From Rickettsiales bacterium (GTDB taxonomy: Bacteria; Pseudomonadota; Alphaproteobacteria; Rickettsiales; SXRF01): DNA of 64,000 bases. Shown piece by piece: positions 30,054 to 39,543 of the stretch. Every line of letters starts with the position of its first letter. Positions within the stretch are counted from its first letter, which is position 1. Position numbers and translations under genes: made by a program. The notes beneath the pieces were generated by a model. It was not told the origin of the DNA. It saw only the letters and a list, made by a program, of their open reading frames with translations, and ran no database searches. The stretch lies in the NCBI GenBank assembly GCA_025464625.1, contig JAOAUZ010000004.1, positions 18,607 to 82,606 of the forward strand, read 5' to 3'.

Positions 30054-31244
30054 ATGACTTCTGATGCTAATAATGACGTGGTAATTGTTGGTGCTGTGCG
30101 TACGGCTGTTGGAACATTTAACGGTGCGCTTAGTTCACTCCCTGCTCATAAACTTGGTGAAGTTGTAATCAAAGAAATACTGAATCGTACAGGTGTTGCC
30201 GCGGGTGATATTTCAGAAGTTATTTTAGGGCAGATTTTGACAGCGCATACTGGGCCAAATCCTGCACGTCAAGCGTCACTTGGTTCTGGTCTTCCAAAAG
30301 AAGTTCCAGCTTGGGGAATGAATCAGCTTTGTGGTTCAGGACTGCGCGCGGTGTGCCTTGGTTATCAGGCAATTAAAAATGGCGATAGCACGATAGTTAT
30401 TTCTGGTGGGCAGGAGAGCATGAGCGGGGCACCACACGCTGTGCCACTGCGTAATGGCGTTAAAATGGGCAGCGCGACTATGGTTGACACAATGCTTTAT
30501 GATGCGCTGGTTGATCCGTTTCATAATGTACACATGGGTGTTACCGCTGAAAATGTTGCCAAAAAATATGGTATCACTCGTGATGAGCAAGATGCCTTTG
30601 CTCTTGGTTCGCAGCAAAAAACAGCAGCAGCTATGCAAGCGGGAAAATTCAAAGATGAAATTGTGCCTGTGGTTATTAAAGGTCGCAAAGGTGATGTTGT
30701 GGTTGATACTGATGAACATCCAAAGGCGGACACAACCGCAGAAACATTGGCAAAATTAAAACCAGCTTTTGATAAAGAAGGTACTGTGACTGCTGGTAAT
30801 GCTTCTGGTATTAATGACGGTGCGGCGGTGGTTATGCTGATGACGCGCGCGGAAGCAACAAAGCGTGGACTCAAAATAATGGCGACTATTCGGTCATGGG
30901 CGCAGGCTGGTGTTGCACCTGACATTATGGGAACAGGCCCAATTCCTGCCAGCAAAAAAGCTTTGGAAAAAGCTGGTTGGAAAATTACCGATTTGGATTT
31001 GATTGAAGCTAATGAAGCATTCGCTGCACAGGCTATTTCAGTTAATCGTGAAATGGGCTGGGATTTAAGCAAGGTGAACGTGAATGGTGGAGCGATTGCG
31101 CTTGGACACCCTGTTGGCGCATCTGGTGCGCGCGTGCTAACTGGCTTGCTTTATGAAATGGCGCGCCGTGATGCGAAAAAAGCGATTGCAACACTGTGCA
31201 TTGGTGGTGGTATGGGCATAGCGATGTGCGTGGAACGTAACTAA
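30054..31244 (+). CDS. phaA: Acetyl-CoA acetyltransferase (thiolase)
   Basis: 396 aa. NQLCGSGLRAV and the C-terminal CIGGGMGIAMCVE. Confidence 0.93.
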   Translation: MTSDANNDVVIVGAVRTAVGTFNGALSSLPAHKLGEVVIKEILNRTGVAAGDISEVILGQILTAHTGPNPARQASLGSGLPKEVPAWGMNQLCGSGLRAVCLGYQAIKNGDSTIVISGGQESMSGAPHAVPLRNGVKMGSATMVDTMLYDALVDPFHNVHMGVTAENVAKKYGITRDEQDAFALGSQQKTAAAMQAGKFKDEIVPVVIKGRKGDVVVDTDEHPKADTTAETLAKLKPAFDKEGTVTAGNASGINDGAAVVMLMTRAEATKRGLKIMATIRSWAQAGVAPDIMGTGPIPASKKALEKAGWKITDLDLIEANEAFAAQAISVNREMGWDLSKVNVNGGAIALGHPVGASGARVLTGLLYEMARRDAKKAIATLCIGGGMGIAMCVERN

Positions 31245-31263
31245 AAAACATTGGAGAAAACAT

Positions 31264-31992
31264 ATGACAAAAAGAATAGCATTAGTATCAGGCGGTACAC
31301 GCGGTATTGGCGCAGCAATTTCCATTGCCCTTAAACACGCTGGTTATAAAGTCGCAGCAACTTATGCAGCGCGTGACGATGTGGCGGAAGCATTCAGCAA
31401 AGAACACCATATAGCTGTGTTCAAGTGGGACATTGCCGATTATGATGCCTGCGTAGAAGGTATAAAAAAAGTGTCTGCTAAACTTGGTGGGCATATTGAT
31501 ATTTTGGTCAATAACGCTGGTATAACCAAAGATGGCGCGATGCATAAAATGGACGGCAAGCAGTGGAATGATGTTATTGCCACCAATCTTAACTCATGTT
31601 TTTATATGTCACGAGCGGTGATTGATTCTATGCGTGAGCATAAATTCGGTCGCATTATAAATATAAGCTCGATGAATGGGCAGCTTGGTCAATTTGGGCA
31701 GACTAACTATTCAGCGGCAAAAGCTGGGATTTTCGGATTTACTAAGGCTTTAGCGCGGGAGACAGCAAGTCGTGGAATCACCGTTAATGCCATTGCACCA
31801 GGGTATATTGCTACTGAGATGGTAAAAGCTGTTAAAGAAGAAGTGATGAAACAAATAATTGCAGGTATTCCAGTTGGCAGGCTAGGTGAACCAGAGGAAG
31901 TTGCTCGCGCGGTAGTGTTTTTAGCAGCGAATGAAGCATCGTTTATTACTGGTGAGACTATCTCCATCAATGGCGGTCAATACATGGAGTAG
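31264..31992 (+). CDS. phaB: Acetoacetyl-CoA reductase
   Basis: 242 aa SDR with GGTRGIGAAIS and YSAAKAG, adjacent to the thiolase. Confidence 0.9.
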   Translation: MTKRIALVSGGTRGIGAAISIALKHAGYKVAATYAARDDVAEAFSKEHHIAVFKWDIADYDACVEGIKKVSAKLGGHIDILVNNAGITKDGAMHKMDGKQWNDVIATNLNSCFYMSRAVIDSMREHKFGRIINISSMNGQLGQFGQTNYSAAKAGIFGFTKALARETASRGITVNAIAPGYIATEMVKAVKEEVMKQIIAGIPVGRLGEPEEVARAVVFLAANEASFITGETISINGGQYME

Positions 31993-32000
31993 GGTCTTGC

Positions 32001-32074
32001 GTCATTTCGAGTGCAACGAGAAATCTTTGCAATTGATTTATAATGTAAATATCTATCGTCAGGATCGGGATGAC
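32001..32074. repeat. GTCAT...ATGAC MITE-like element, copy 1
   Basis: GTCATTTCGAGTGCAACGAGAAATCTTTGCAA...TCGGGATGAC. It shares the AATCTTTGCAA core and the ends with the copies at 43921 and 45882. GCGTCATTT occurs at 31999 and again at 32079. Confidence 0.7.
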
Positions 32075-32081
32075 AGTAGCG

Positions 32082-32612
32082 TCATTTATTCTTCAGATAT
32101 TTAGTGCGTGACGCGATCATATCCATGAGGGCTAGTAAAACCCCTGAAATTACAAAGACTACATGAATTATTATCATCCATTTTATTTGATGCTCTGGTG
32201 TTTTACCAACGTCCATAAACACTTTAAGCAGGTGAATTCCAGAAATTGCGACGATGGAAGCAATGAGCTTGAGTTTTAGTGTTGAGAAGTCAACGCTGCC
32301 TTTCCATTCTGGGTTATCCTCATGTGTGTCGGTATTGATTTTAGAAACAAAGTTTTCATAGCCAGAAAAAATCACTATAAGAAGCAGGTTGGCTGCCAGC
32401 GACAAATCAATAAGCGACAATATGCCAAGTACCACATCGTTTTGTGATATGTTAGGCAGGGCAGAAAATAAATGAACAAGTTCCTGCATAAAGCTTATAA
32501 GCAAAAGCACAAGAGCACTTGCCAAACCCAAATACATAGGTGCCATTAACCAGCGACTGGCAAAAAGGCTTTTTTCTATAATTCTTTCTATTAAGGGAGT
32601 TTTTTTATTCAT
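32082..32612 (-). CDS. yqhA: YqhA-family (UPF0114) membrane protein
   Basis: 176 aa. N-terminus ...SLFASRWLMAPMYLGLASALVLL resembles E. coli YqhA. Confidence 0.8.
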   Translation of the reverse strand: MNKKTPLIERIIEKSLFASRWLMAPMYLGLASALVLLLISFMQELVHLFSALPNISQNDVVLGILSLIDLSLAANLLLIVIFSGYENFVSKINTDTHEDNPEWKGSVDFSTLKLKLIASIVAISGIHLLKVFMDVGKTPEHQIKWMIIIHVVFVISGVLLALMDMIASRTKYLKNK

Positions 32613-32705
32613 AAGGATTTTCCACTTTTTTATTGCTTAGGCTATTTATAGTGAGTAATGCCATATTTCAAGTACTGGTACCTAACATTAATTATGGTCT
32701 GCAAT

Positions 32706-35336
32706 ATGAAAAAACAGACGAATAAAAATATATCCGAGCAGGTTTTGCTGGAAAAGTTACAGCAGGCGCAGAAGCAGGAGCGTGGGCAATTGCTGTCTTC
32801 TCTTGGCACTTCTGTGGATGGTATTACTGATGAATTAGCGCAGGAACGGTTGCTGGAAAACGGCAAAAATATTGTAAGCGGCGAGGGGCTGGAGGCTTGG
32901 TATGTTCAGCTTCTCCATTGTTTCCTGAATCCTTTTAATGCTGTGCTTACCATACTCGCACTTATTTCATGGGCTACTGGCGACATGGAAAGTGTGGCGA
33001 TGATGGCCATCATGGTTGCTATCAGCGTGGGGATTAAATTTTTTCAAGAATATCGTTCCAGCATTAAGGCTGAAGAGCTAAAAAATATGGTGCGTACCAG
33101 CGTTACGGTGAGCCGTGTTGATGAAAATGGTGTTAGCCGTAAGTTTGATATTGATATGCAGGATTTGGTGGTTGGTGACATAGTGCATCTTTCTGCTGGT
33201 GATATTATTCCTGCTGATGTGCGGGTGCTTGCTGCCAAGGATTTATTTATCTCACAGGCGATGCTTACAGGTGAATCTCTACCTGTAGAAAAATTTGCAG
33301 AAGTTGTTACCGCACCGACTAGCAATATGGATCTGCACGCTATCGGGTTCATGGGGACTAACGTGGTCAGTGGCAGTGGCTCGGTTGTTGTGCTTGCTAC
33401 AGGGCGCGAAACCTATTTTGGCTCGCTTGCCCGAACAATAACTGGTGAACGTCCGCAGACTAGTTTTGATAAGGGCGTAAACAACGTCACATGGCTGATG
33501 ATTCGTTTCATAATGGTGATGGCACCGATGGTGCTTTTCATTAATGGTTTTTCCAAAGGTAATTGGACAGAAGCCTTGCTTTTTGCGATTTCGATTGCAG
33601 TTGGTTTAACTCCAGAAATGCTGCCAATGATTGTGACATCCAACCTTGCCAAAGGCGCGATTGCTATGGCAAAGCGTAAGGTGGTTGTCAAACGCTTAAA
33701 CGCTATTCAGAATTTTGGTGCGATGGATGTTTTATGCACTGATAAAACAGGGACTCTTACGCAGGATCATATCATATTGCATGATCATCTGGACATAGAA
33801 GGAGAGCCGAGTAAAGAGGTGTTGGACTATGCTTGGCTTAATAGTTATCATCAGACTGGGCTGCGTAATCTGCTTGATGTGGCGGTGATGGATGAAGCAG
33901 GTAAAGAATATCCTGATGGAAAGCGCATCGAGGAATTAAAAAATTGGCAGAAAATTGATGAAATACCGTTTGATTTTCAGCGTCGGCGGATGTCGGTTAT
34001 CGTGTCTCAGCCTGATAATTCACATGTGCTAATCTGCAAAGGTGCAGTGGAGGAGTTGCTCGCAATATCAAGTAATTACACGCATAATGGTAAGGTATTG
34101 CCACTTGATGATAAGGCGCGGGAGAAGTTTCGCTCTATGGCGCATACACTCAACGAAGACGGTTTCCGTGTGCTGATTATTTCCTATAAAAATATAGAAT
34201 CTTCGCAAACTGTATATGATAAGCGTGACGAATCAGGGCTTACTATTAAAGGGTTTCTGACTTTCCTAGACCCGCCAAAAGACACGGCGAGAGTTGCACT
34301 TGCGGCACTCAAGGAATATGGCGTGGATGTTAAGGTTCTGACTGGTGATAACGCAACTGTTACGCGCAAAATCTGCAATGATGTTGGGCTGGAAATAAAA
34401 GGTGCTGTTGACGGCTCGCAGCTTGATAAGTTGTCTGATGCACAGCTTTATGAAATGGTGGAAAAAAACACTATTTTTGCCAAGCTCTCGCCGATGCAAA
34501 AATCACGGATTATATTAGCTCTTAAAGCTGCTGGGCATACGGTTGGATTTTTGGGTGATGGTATTAATGATGCGCCAGCCTTGCGCGCTGCGGATGTTGG
34601 AATTTCTGTTGATACTGCTGCTGATATTGCCAAAGAATCTGCTGATATTATTTTGCTGGAAAAAAGCCTTCTAGTGTTGGAGGAGGGTGTTATTGAAGGG
34701 CGCAAAGTATTTGGAAATATCGTAAAATATCTGAAGATGGCTCTTTCTAGCAATTTTGGAAATATGTTCAGCGTGGTTGGTGCGAGCCTGTTGCTACCGT
34801 TTTTGCCTATGCTTCCTGTGCAGATTCTTATCCAAAATCTGCTTTATGACATTTCGCAGATTGCCACACCGTTTGACAAGGTGGATGATGATTATATCCG
34901 CAAACCGCGCAAATGGGAAGCAATCGAACTAAAACGCTTTATGCTATTTATTGGTCCAGTAAGTTCTATTTTTGATTATGTAACGTTTGGCGTTATGTGG
35001 TTTATTTTTTCTGCAAATACAGTTGCCGAGCAGTCATTATTTCACACAGGTTGGTTTGTTTCTGGGCTTCTTACACAAACTTTGGTGGTGCATATGATAC
35101 GCACTGAAAAAATGCCATTCATCGGCAGCCGTGCCTCAAATGCACTGCTTATTACCACAGCACTTGCGATGATGGCGGGAATTGCATTGCCATATACGAT
35201 GGTGGGAGCAGCAGCAGGTATGGTGCCGTTGCCCTTCGCTTATTTTGGTTATTTAGTAGCAATCCTACTTGGATACTGCTTGCTGGTTACAGCGATGAAG
35301 CAATGGTACATCAAAAAATTCGGGCAGTGGCTGTAG
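32706..35336 (+). CDS. mgtA: Magnesium-translocating P-type ATPase
   Basis: DKTGTLT and GDGINDAP motifs, about 876 aa from the ATG at 32706 (MKKQTNK). The ORF track begins at 32658. Confidence 0.9.
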   Translation: MKKQTNKNISEQVLLEKLQQAQKQERGQLLSSLGTSVDGITDELAQERLLENGKNIVSGEGLEAWYVQLLHCFLNPFNAVLTILALISWATGDMESVAMMAIMVAISVGIKFFQEYRSSIKAEELKNMVRTSVTVSRVDENGVSRKFDIDMQDLVVGDIVHLSAGDIIPADVRVLAAKDLFISQAMLTGESLPVEKFAEVVTAPTSNMDLHAIGFMGTNVVSGSGSVVVLATGRETYFGSLARTITGERPQTSFDKGVNNVTWLMIRFIMVMAPMVLFINGFSKGNWTEALLFAISIAVGLTPEMLPMIVTSNLAKGAIAMAKRKVVVKRLNAIQNFGAMDVLCTDKTGTLTQDHIILHDHLDIEGEPSKEVLDYAWLNSYHQTGLRNLLDVAVMDEAGKEYPDGKRIEELKNWQKIDEIPFDFQRRRMSVIVSQPDNSHVLICKGAVEELLAISSNYTHNGKVLPLDDKAREKFRSMAHTLNEDGFRVLIISYKNIESSQTVYDKRDESGLTIKGFLTFLDPPKDTARVALAALKEYGVDVKVLTGDNATVTRKICNDVGLEIKGAVDGSQLDKLSDAQLYEMVEKNTIFAKLSPMQKSRIILALKAAGHTVGFLGDGINDAPALRAADVGISVDTAADIAKESADIILLEKSLLVLEEGVIEGRKVFGNIVKYLKMALSSNFGNMFSVVGASLLLPFLPMLPVQILIQNLLYDISQIATPFDKVDDDYIRKPRKWEAIELKRFMLFIGPVSSIFDYVTFGVMWFIFSANTVAEQSLFHTGWFVSGLLTQTLVVHMIRTEKMPFIGSRASNALLITTALAMMAGIALPYTMVGAAAGMVPLPFAYFGYLVAILLGYCLLVTAMKQWYIKKFGQWL

Positions 35337-35340
35337 ATAA

Positions 35341-37140
35341 CTAAGCCTCACTAGTTGCAGCTTCTGGTGTTTCTACAGGTTTTTCTGGTGTTTCGGCAGC
35401 TTTACGTTTACGCGGATCATACGGTTCCTGCTGTGGAATTGGAACTGGTGGAAGCAGGCGACGGGTGAACATTTTATCCTGATAGTAGAAAATTTTCTTA
35501 GTGCGGATTGGTGCAAAAGATTCGATAAGAATAATCTGTTCATCGCGTGGCAGGGTGATAACTTCCTGTGGCAATAGTAATGCGCGCTGCACCTCAGAAG
35601 TATTGGTAGTACGCGCACCAGGATTCATATCCATGAATTTTGGTTTATTATGCGAGGTCTGCTGCACTGTTTTATTGCCGATAAGCTGGGATATAAGGTT
35701 TGCAGTTTCCACGTTGTTCGCAGCGAAGGTGATGCGGTAATAACAGTTGGAGAGGAATGAATTCATTCCTGCTTCTTCATATATACCTTTTAATTGTTGA
35801 GTATCTTGTACAATCAAGAATAGTTTTACGCGATACCCACGGAAGTAAGCTATACCAACTTGGAATTGAGGCATCTCACCGAGTGACGGAAACTCATCCA
35901 TCATGAACATCACACCATATGGCTCATCCTTGCGTGGCATATTGCGAGTCATGAAGTCAGTTGCCTGCTGATAAAATACTTTCAGAAGTGGCTCTAGGCG
36001 CTTCAAGTTGTCTGGGGTTACACCGCAGAACACGCTCATTTTACGTTTTTTGAGCAGCTGCATGTCAAAATCTGAGCGTGCTGTGGTCGCGTCAATCAGT
36101 GGGTTCGCCCATAATTCCAAGCCAGAGTTTAGGGTTGAAATAACGCCCGAGCGTTCCTTATCAGCTTTTTGCAGGAAGGCGGCGATATTCATGTAGGCAA
36201 CTGGATGGATGCGTTTGCCGATAGTGTCAAGAACTACTGCAAGGTTATAAACCACGTCATCAGAACGCATGGTACGCACTACTTCGCCGAAGCTATTTAT
36301 TTTTTCAGGAACTGCCACCAGATATAAGATTACACCAAGAAGTAATGAGCGCGCTTCATTTTGCCAGAACTCCTGCTCTGGTAAAATCAAGTTACAAATT
36401 TTCTGTACGTCATCCACCATCTGCCCTGGTTTTTCTGAAATCCAGTCCAGCGGGTTGTAGCAATGTGAAATACCGTCAGGATCTGCAGGATTCCATAGAT
36501 AAACTTCTTGCCCCATTCGTTTGCGATAACCGCTGGTGATTTGATGGTTCTCCATTTTAATATCATGGCAGACAACTGACTGATCCCAGAATAAGAGGTT
36601 AGGGATTACGAAGCCAACACCCTTACCCGAACCAGTTGGTGCAAATAATAAAACATGTTGGAAATCATCAACGATAAGATAATTATTGAGACCTGTACGT
36701 CCAATTAACATCCCGCGTCTGGCGCGGAGTTTTGCTTTTTGAATTTCCGCTTCTGTTGCCCAATGCGCATCGCCATGAACACTCTCTTTCATTTTGAATG
36801 GGCGAAAATCGGTAAGTGGCGCACGCATCATATAAAGCAGGGCTAGACTAACAAAAGCACCGCTTGCTGGTGGTATGATGGTTTTATACATATATTCTTG
36901 GTTAAAACCTGGTTGGGTATGATAATTCCACCAATATTCCAGCCAAATCAAATATCTTTGTATAATTATATCTGGGCGATCTATGTAGGCAGCGACATAT
37001 GCCTTGTCATGCAGTAAAAATATGCTGACTATCAATCCTAGTGCTATTGGGCATACTATAACTACCGTTACGATAACAGATACAATTATATTGTTCGCCA
37101 TTGCACGGTTTGCATTGGATGTCTTATAGTCGTCAGCCAT
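35341..37140 (-). CDS. virD4: Type IV secretion coupling protein VirD4
   Basis: FAPTGSGKGVGFVIPN Walker A and N-terminal TM helices. The likely start is MADDYK (37140), overlapping the virB11 stop by 8 nt. The ORF track extends to 37194. Confidence 0.92.
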   Translation of the reverse strand: MADDYKTSNANRAMANNIIVSVIVTVVIVCPIALGLIVSIFLLHDKAYVAAYIDRPDIIIQRYLIWLEYWWNYHTQPGFNQEYMYKTIIPPASGAFVSLALLYMMRAPLTDFRPFKMKESVHGDAHWATEAEIQKAKLRARRGMLIGRTGLNNYLIVDDFQHVLLFAPTGSGKGVGFVIPNLLFWDQSVVCHDIKMENHQITSGYRKRMGQEVYLWNPADPDGISHCYNPLDWISEKPGQMVDDVQKICNLILPEQEFWQNEARSLLLGVILYLVAVPEKINSFGEVVRTMRSDDVVYNLAVVLDTIGKRIHPVAYMNIAAFLQKADKERSGVISTLNSGLELWANPLIDATTARSDFDMQLLKKRKMSVFCGVTPDNLKRLEPLLKVFYQQATDFMTRNMPRKDEPYGVMFMMDEFPSLGEMPQFQVGIAYFRGYRVKLFLIVQDTQQLKGIYEEAGMNSFLSNCYYRITFAANNVETANLISQLIGNKTVQQTSHNKPKFMDMNPGARTTNTSEVQRALLLPQEVITLPRDEQIILIESFAPIRTKKIFYYQDKMFTRRLLPPVPIPQQEPYDPRKRKAAETPEKPVETPEAATSEA

Positions 37141-38128
37141 GACCACCTTCTTTGAAATAGACTTCTGAAATGTAACGCATTCCGTGTGCGCCACGTTTGA
37201 GCTGAACTATAACATTTATCACATTTTCTACATAGCCTTTTATCTGGTCGCGAGTCATTCCAAGACCTGCTTGCATAATCATCAAAATAAGTTGCTCGAT
37301 GGCAAGGGCAGGGGTGTCGGCGTGTAATGTAGAAACAGAACCCGGATGACCAGTGTTTACAGCACGCATAAACGAAAAAGCTTCTTTGCCACGCAATTCC
37401 CCTAGCATTAAACGGTCAGGACGCAGACGCAGGCAGGCCTCAATTAAATCCTGCATATCTACTTTTGCGCGTCCTTGCCCACCTTTAGATGCTAGTAGGT
37501 GTACGCGATTCGGTATGTGTGGAAGCATTATTTCGCGAGCATCTTCACAAGTAATTATTCGTTCAGAAGATGGAATAACTTTTAATGCAGCATTCAAGAA
37601 TGTGGTTTTACCAGTTGATGTACCGCCGCTTACAATAATATTTTTCTTTGCCAAAACCGCTTTTTTAATAAAATCTTTGATGCTACCTGCATTGAGTAAT
37701 GCGCGAAGCTCAGCATCTACAGGATTTGCTTCATGGCGAACAGCCGTAGATTGAAATGCACCGAGAGCTTCATATTGATCCAAATCTAGGCTAACAGTGG
37801 TCGCCTTACGAATTGACATAGCAATAAGTGAAGGTTCAACTGCTGGCGGAAACACAATCTGAATACGAAACCCTTGTGGTAAAGTAGCTGAAAGTATAGG
37901 GGTTTCTTCGCTAATATTCTGTTCACTAGATTGGGCAACCAAACGTCCGAGAGACTTCAAATGTTCTTGATTAAGTTCAGGGACATCAAAACGTTGCATG
38001 TCACCACCAATTTCCACCCAGATTTCTCCAGGCTTATTGATAGAAATTTCACTCACCTTCGGCATATCAAAATATTGCTGAAGCGGGGCGAGATAAGTAT
38101 CAAGTGCGGTAAGTGAGGTTAATGCCAT
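37133..38128 (-). CDS. virB11: Type IV secretion ATPase VirB11
   Basis: 331 aa. SGGTSTGKTTFLNA Walker A and the LRLRPDRLMLGELRG motif. Confidence 0.93.
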   Translation of the reverse strand: MALTSLTALDTYLAPLQQYFDMPKVSEISINKPGEIWVEIGGDMQRFDVPELNQEHLKSLGRLVAQSSEQNISEETPILSATLPQGFRIQIVFPPAVEPSLIAMSIRKATTVSLDLDQYEALGAFQSTAVRHEANPVDAELRALLNAGSIKDFIKKAVLAKKNIIVSGGTSTGKTTFLNAALKVIPSSERIITCEDAREIMLPHIPNRVHLLASKGGQGRAKVDMQDLIEACLRLRPDRLMLGELRGKEAFSFMRAVNTGHPGSVSTLHADTPALAIEQLILMIMQAGLGMTRDQIKGYVENVINVIVQLKRGAHGMRYISEVYFKEGGHG

Positions 38129-38142
38129 TCCTAATTCTCACC

Positions 38143-39540
38143 TTACTGTACGAATACACTGCCACCCAAATCGCTAGGAAATGTAAGATCTCTGTTCACG
38201 AATACATTGACCAATGTACCTTGATCGATAGTAACCGTTGGACGAATATCAACAATCCTGTCCACCACCTGCTTCGCAGTATTACCAAAATTGGTAACAG
38301 CTTGTCCCGCGGCTTGTTGAGCCGGGGTTGCGGATGTAGTTTGGTTGCCTTCAGGAGTAGTGGTAGTAGAAGCGGTAGCTCCCGCCTGACTAGGTAGAAT
38401 CTCATCGGCAGCGACCGCAGCACCAATAGATATTGCTGTCGTCAAAATAGCTGCGGTAAAGATGTCATATAACTTGTTATCGACAACACCAACAATACCA
38501 GCGCGACCAAGACCATCAACACCAGGTGATCCGATCATTATGTCAACACCATCGGGACGAATCAAACGCGTCCAGACGATCATAACCCTATTTTGTCCGC
38601 GTAATACACCAGTATTATATGTCCCGATCAGACGTGAACCTTTAGGAATCAAAACATCTCGACCAGTCTCTGCGTATGTGTCCCTGCTGACGATGGCACG
38701 GATTGTTCCTGGTAGATCAGTATTAATGGCAGTTTCCAATACTGCATTGATAATCTTGCCCTGTGCAATGGTCATGTTCAGGTTATTAAGACCAGTAGCT
38801 ATAGCCTTTTCTGCAGTGGTAGCCTTGATTACGCTATCAGAGAAGGCATTGTTTGGATCATTGCCTGATGCTCCAGCAGCTTTTCCAGCCGCCGCGGCAC
38901 CACGGTTACCCTTTGATCCATCTATTATCAGCATGTTAGAGCGTATACGTTTCTTAGCATCCTTATCTTTAAAATCATTCACCCTAGTCTTTCCAATACC
39001 ACCAATTTCTGGTGCTGGAGGAACGGGTGGCGGTGGTGGCGGCGGTGGAGGTGGCGGTGACATTTCCTCAGAAATAGCAGTGCTTTTTCCAGTATTGGTT
39101 AATGAACCAGCCCCCCCAGACGGCGCAGATCCAGTTGTCTGCGGTAAATTAACAGAAGGAGGAGGCGGTGGAACATAAACCTGTGCCTCAACTGGCGGCG
39201 GCGGTGGTGTTAGCATAGTGGTTGGAGGCTGCGGAAGATCTATAGCAGAAGTAGGAGTTTTAGATGATTCTTCCGCACCGCTTTTTGCAGGTTTTTTAGT
39301 GCCTTTTTCCTTTATATGCATAGGATCTGGACCAACTGGTTTCTTTGGTTCAGAAAACATCGAAGAAACAACAAAATAAATGACAATTAAGGCACCACCA
39401 ACAACAGCACCTTTTATGATCGTATTCTTACTAATGGAACGACTATCCGATTGATTAACATCACCCATACCGTCCTGATTAGTATCGTCTGATGATTGTA
39501 CACCGTTTTGGTCGTCTGAATTTGGGATGTTGTTATCCAT
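38143..39540 (-). CDS. virB10: Type IV secretion protein VirB10 (TrbI family) with a poly-proline tract
   Basis: 465 aa with an N-terminal TM helix, PPPPPPPPPPPVPPAP, and a C-terminal TrbI-like domain (VLETAINTDLPG...). Confidence 0.9.
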   Translation of the reverse strand: MDNNIPNSDDQNGVQSSDDTNQDGMGDVNQSDSRSISKNTIIKGAVVGGALIVIYFVVSSMFSEPKKPVGPDPMHIKEKGTKKPAKSGAEESSKTPTSAIDLPQPPTTMLTPPPPPVEAQVYVPPPPPSVNLPQTTGSAPSGGAGSLTNTGKSTAISEEMSPPPPPPPPPPPVPPAPEIGGIGKTRVNDFKDKDAKKRIRSNMLIIDGSKGNRGAAAAGKAAGASGNDPNNAFSDSVIKATTAEKAIATGLNNLNMTIAQGKIINAVLETAINTDLPGTIRAIVSRDTYAETGRDVLIPKGSRLIGTYNTGVLRGQNRVMIVWTRLIRPDGVDIMIGSPGVDGLGRAGIVGVVDNKLYDIFTAAILTTAISIGAAVAADEILPSQAGATASTTTTPEGNQTTSATPAQQAAGQAVTNFGNTAKQVVDRIVDIRPTVTIDQGTLVNVFVNRDLTFPSDLGGSVFVQ

Positions 39541-39543
39541 AAC

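Noticed and set aside
32658-32705. 16-codon extension upstream of mgtA (MPYFKYWYLTLIMVCN), considered as an MgtL-like leader peptide
   Set aside because: It is in-frame with mgtA with no stop codon, so it is not a separate leader ORF. It is not proline-rich, and I could not see an M-box-like structure in the 93-bp spacer.
38462-39178. 238-aa ORF with a poly-Gly run, antisense to virB10
   Set aside because: The Gly run is simply the complement of the VirB10 proline codons, and virB10 is the real gene.
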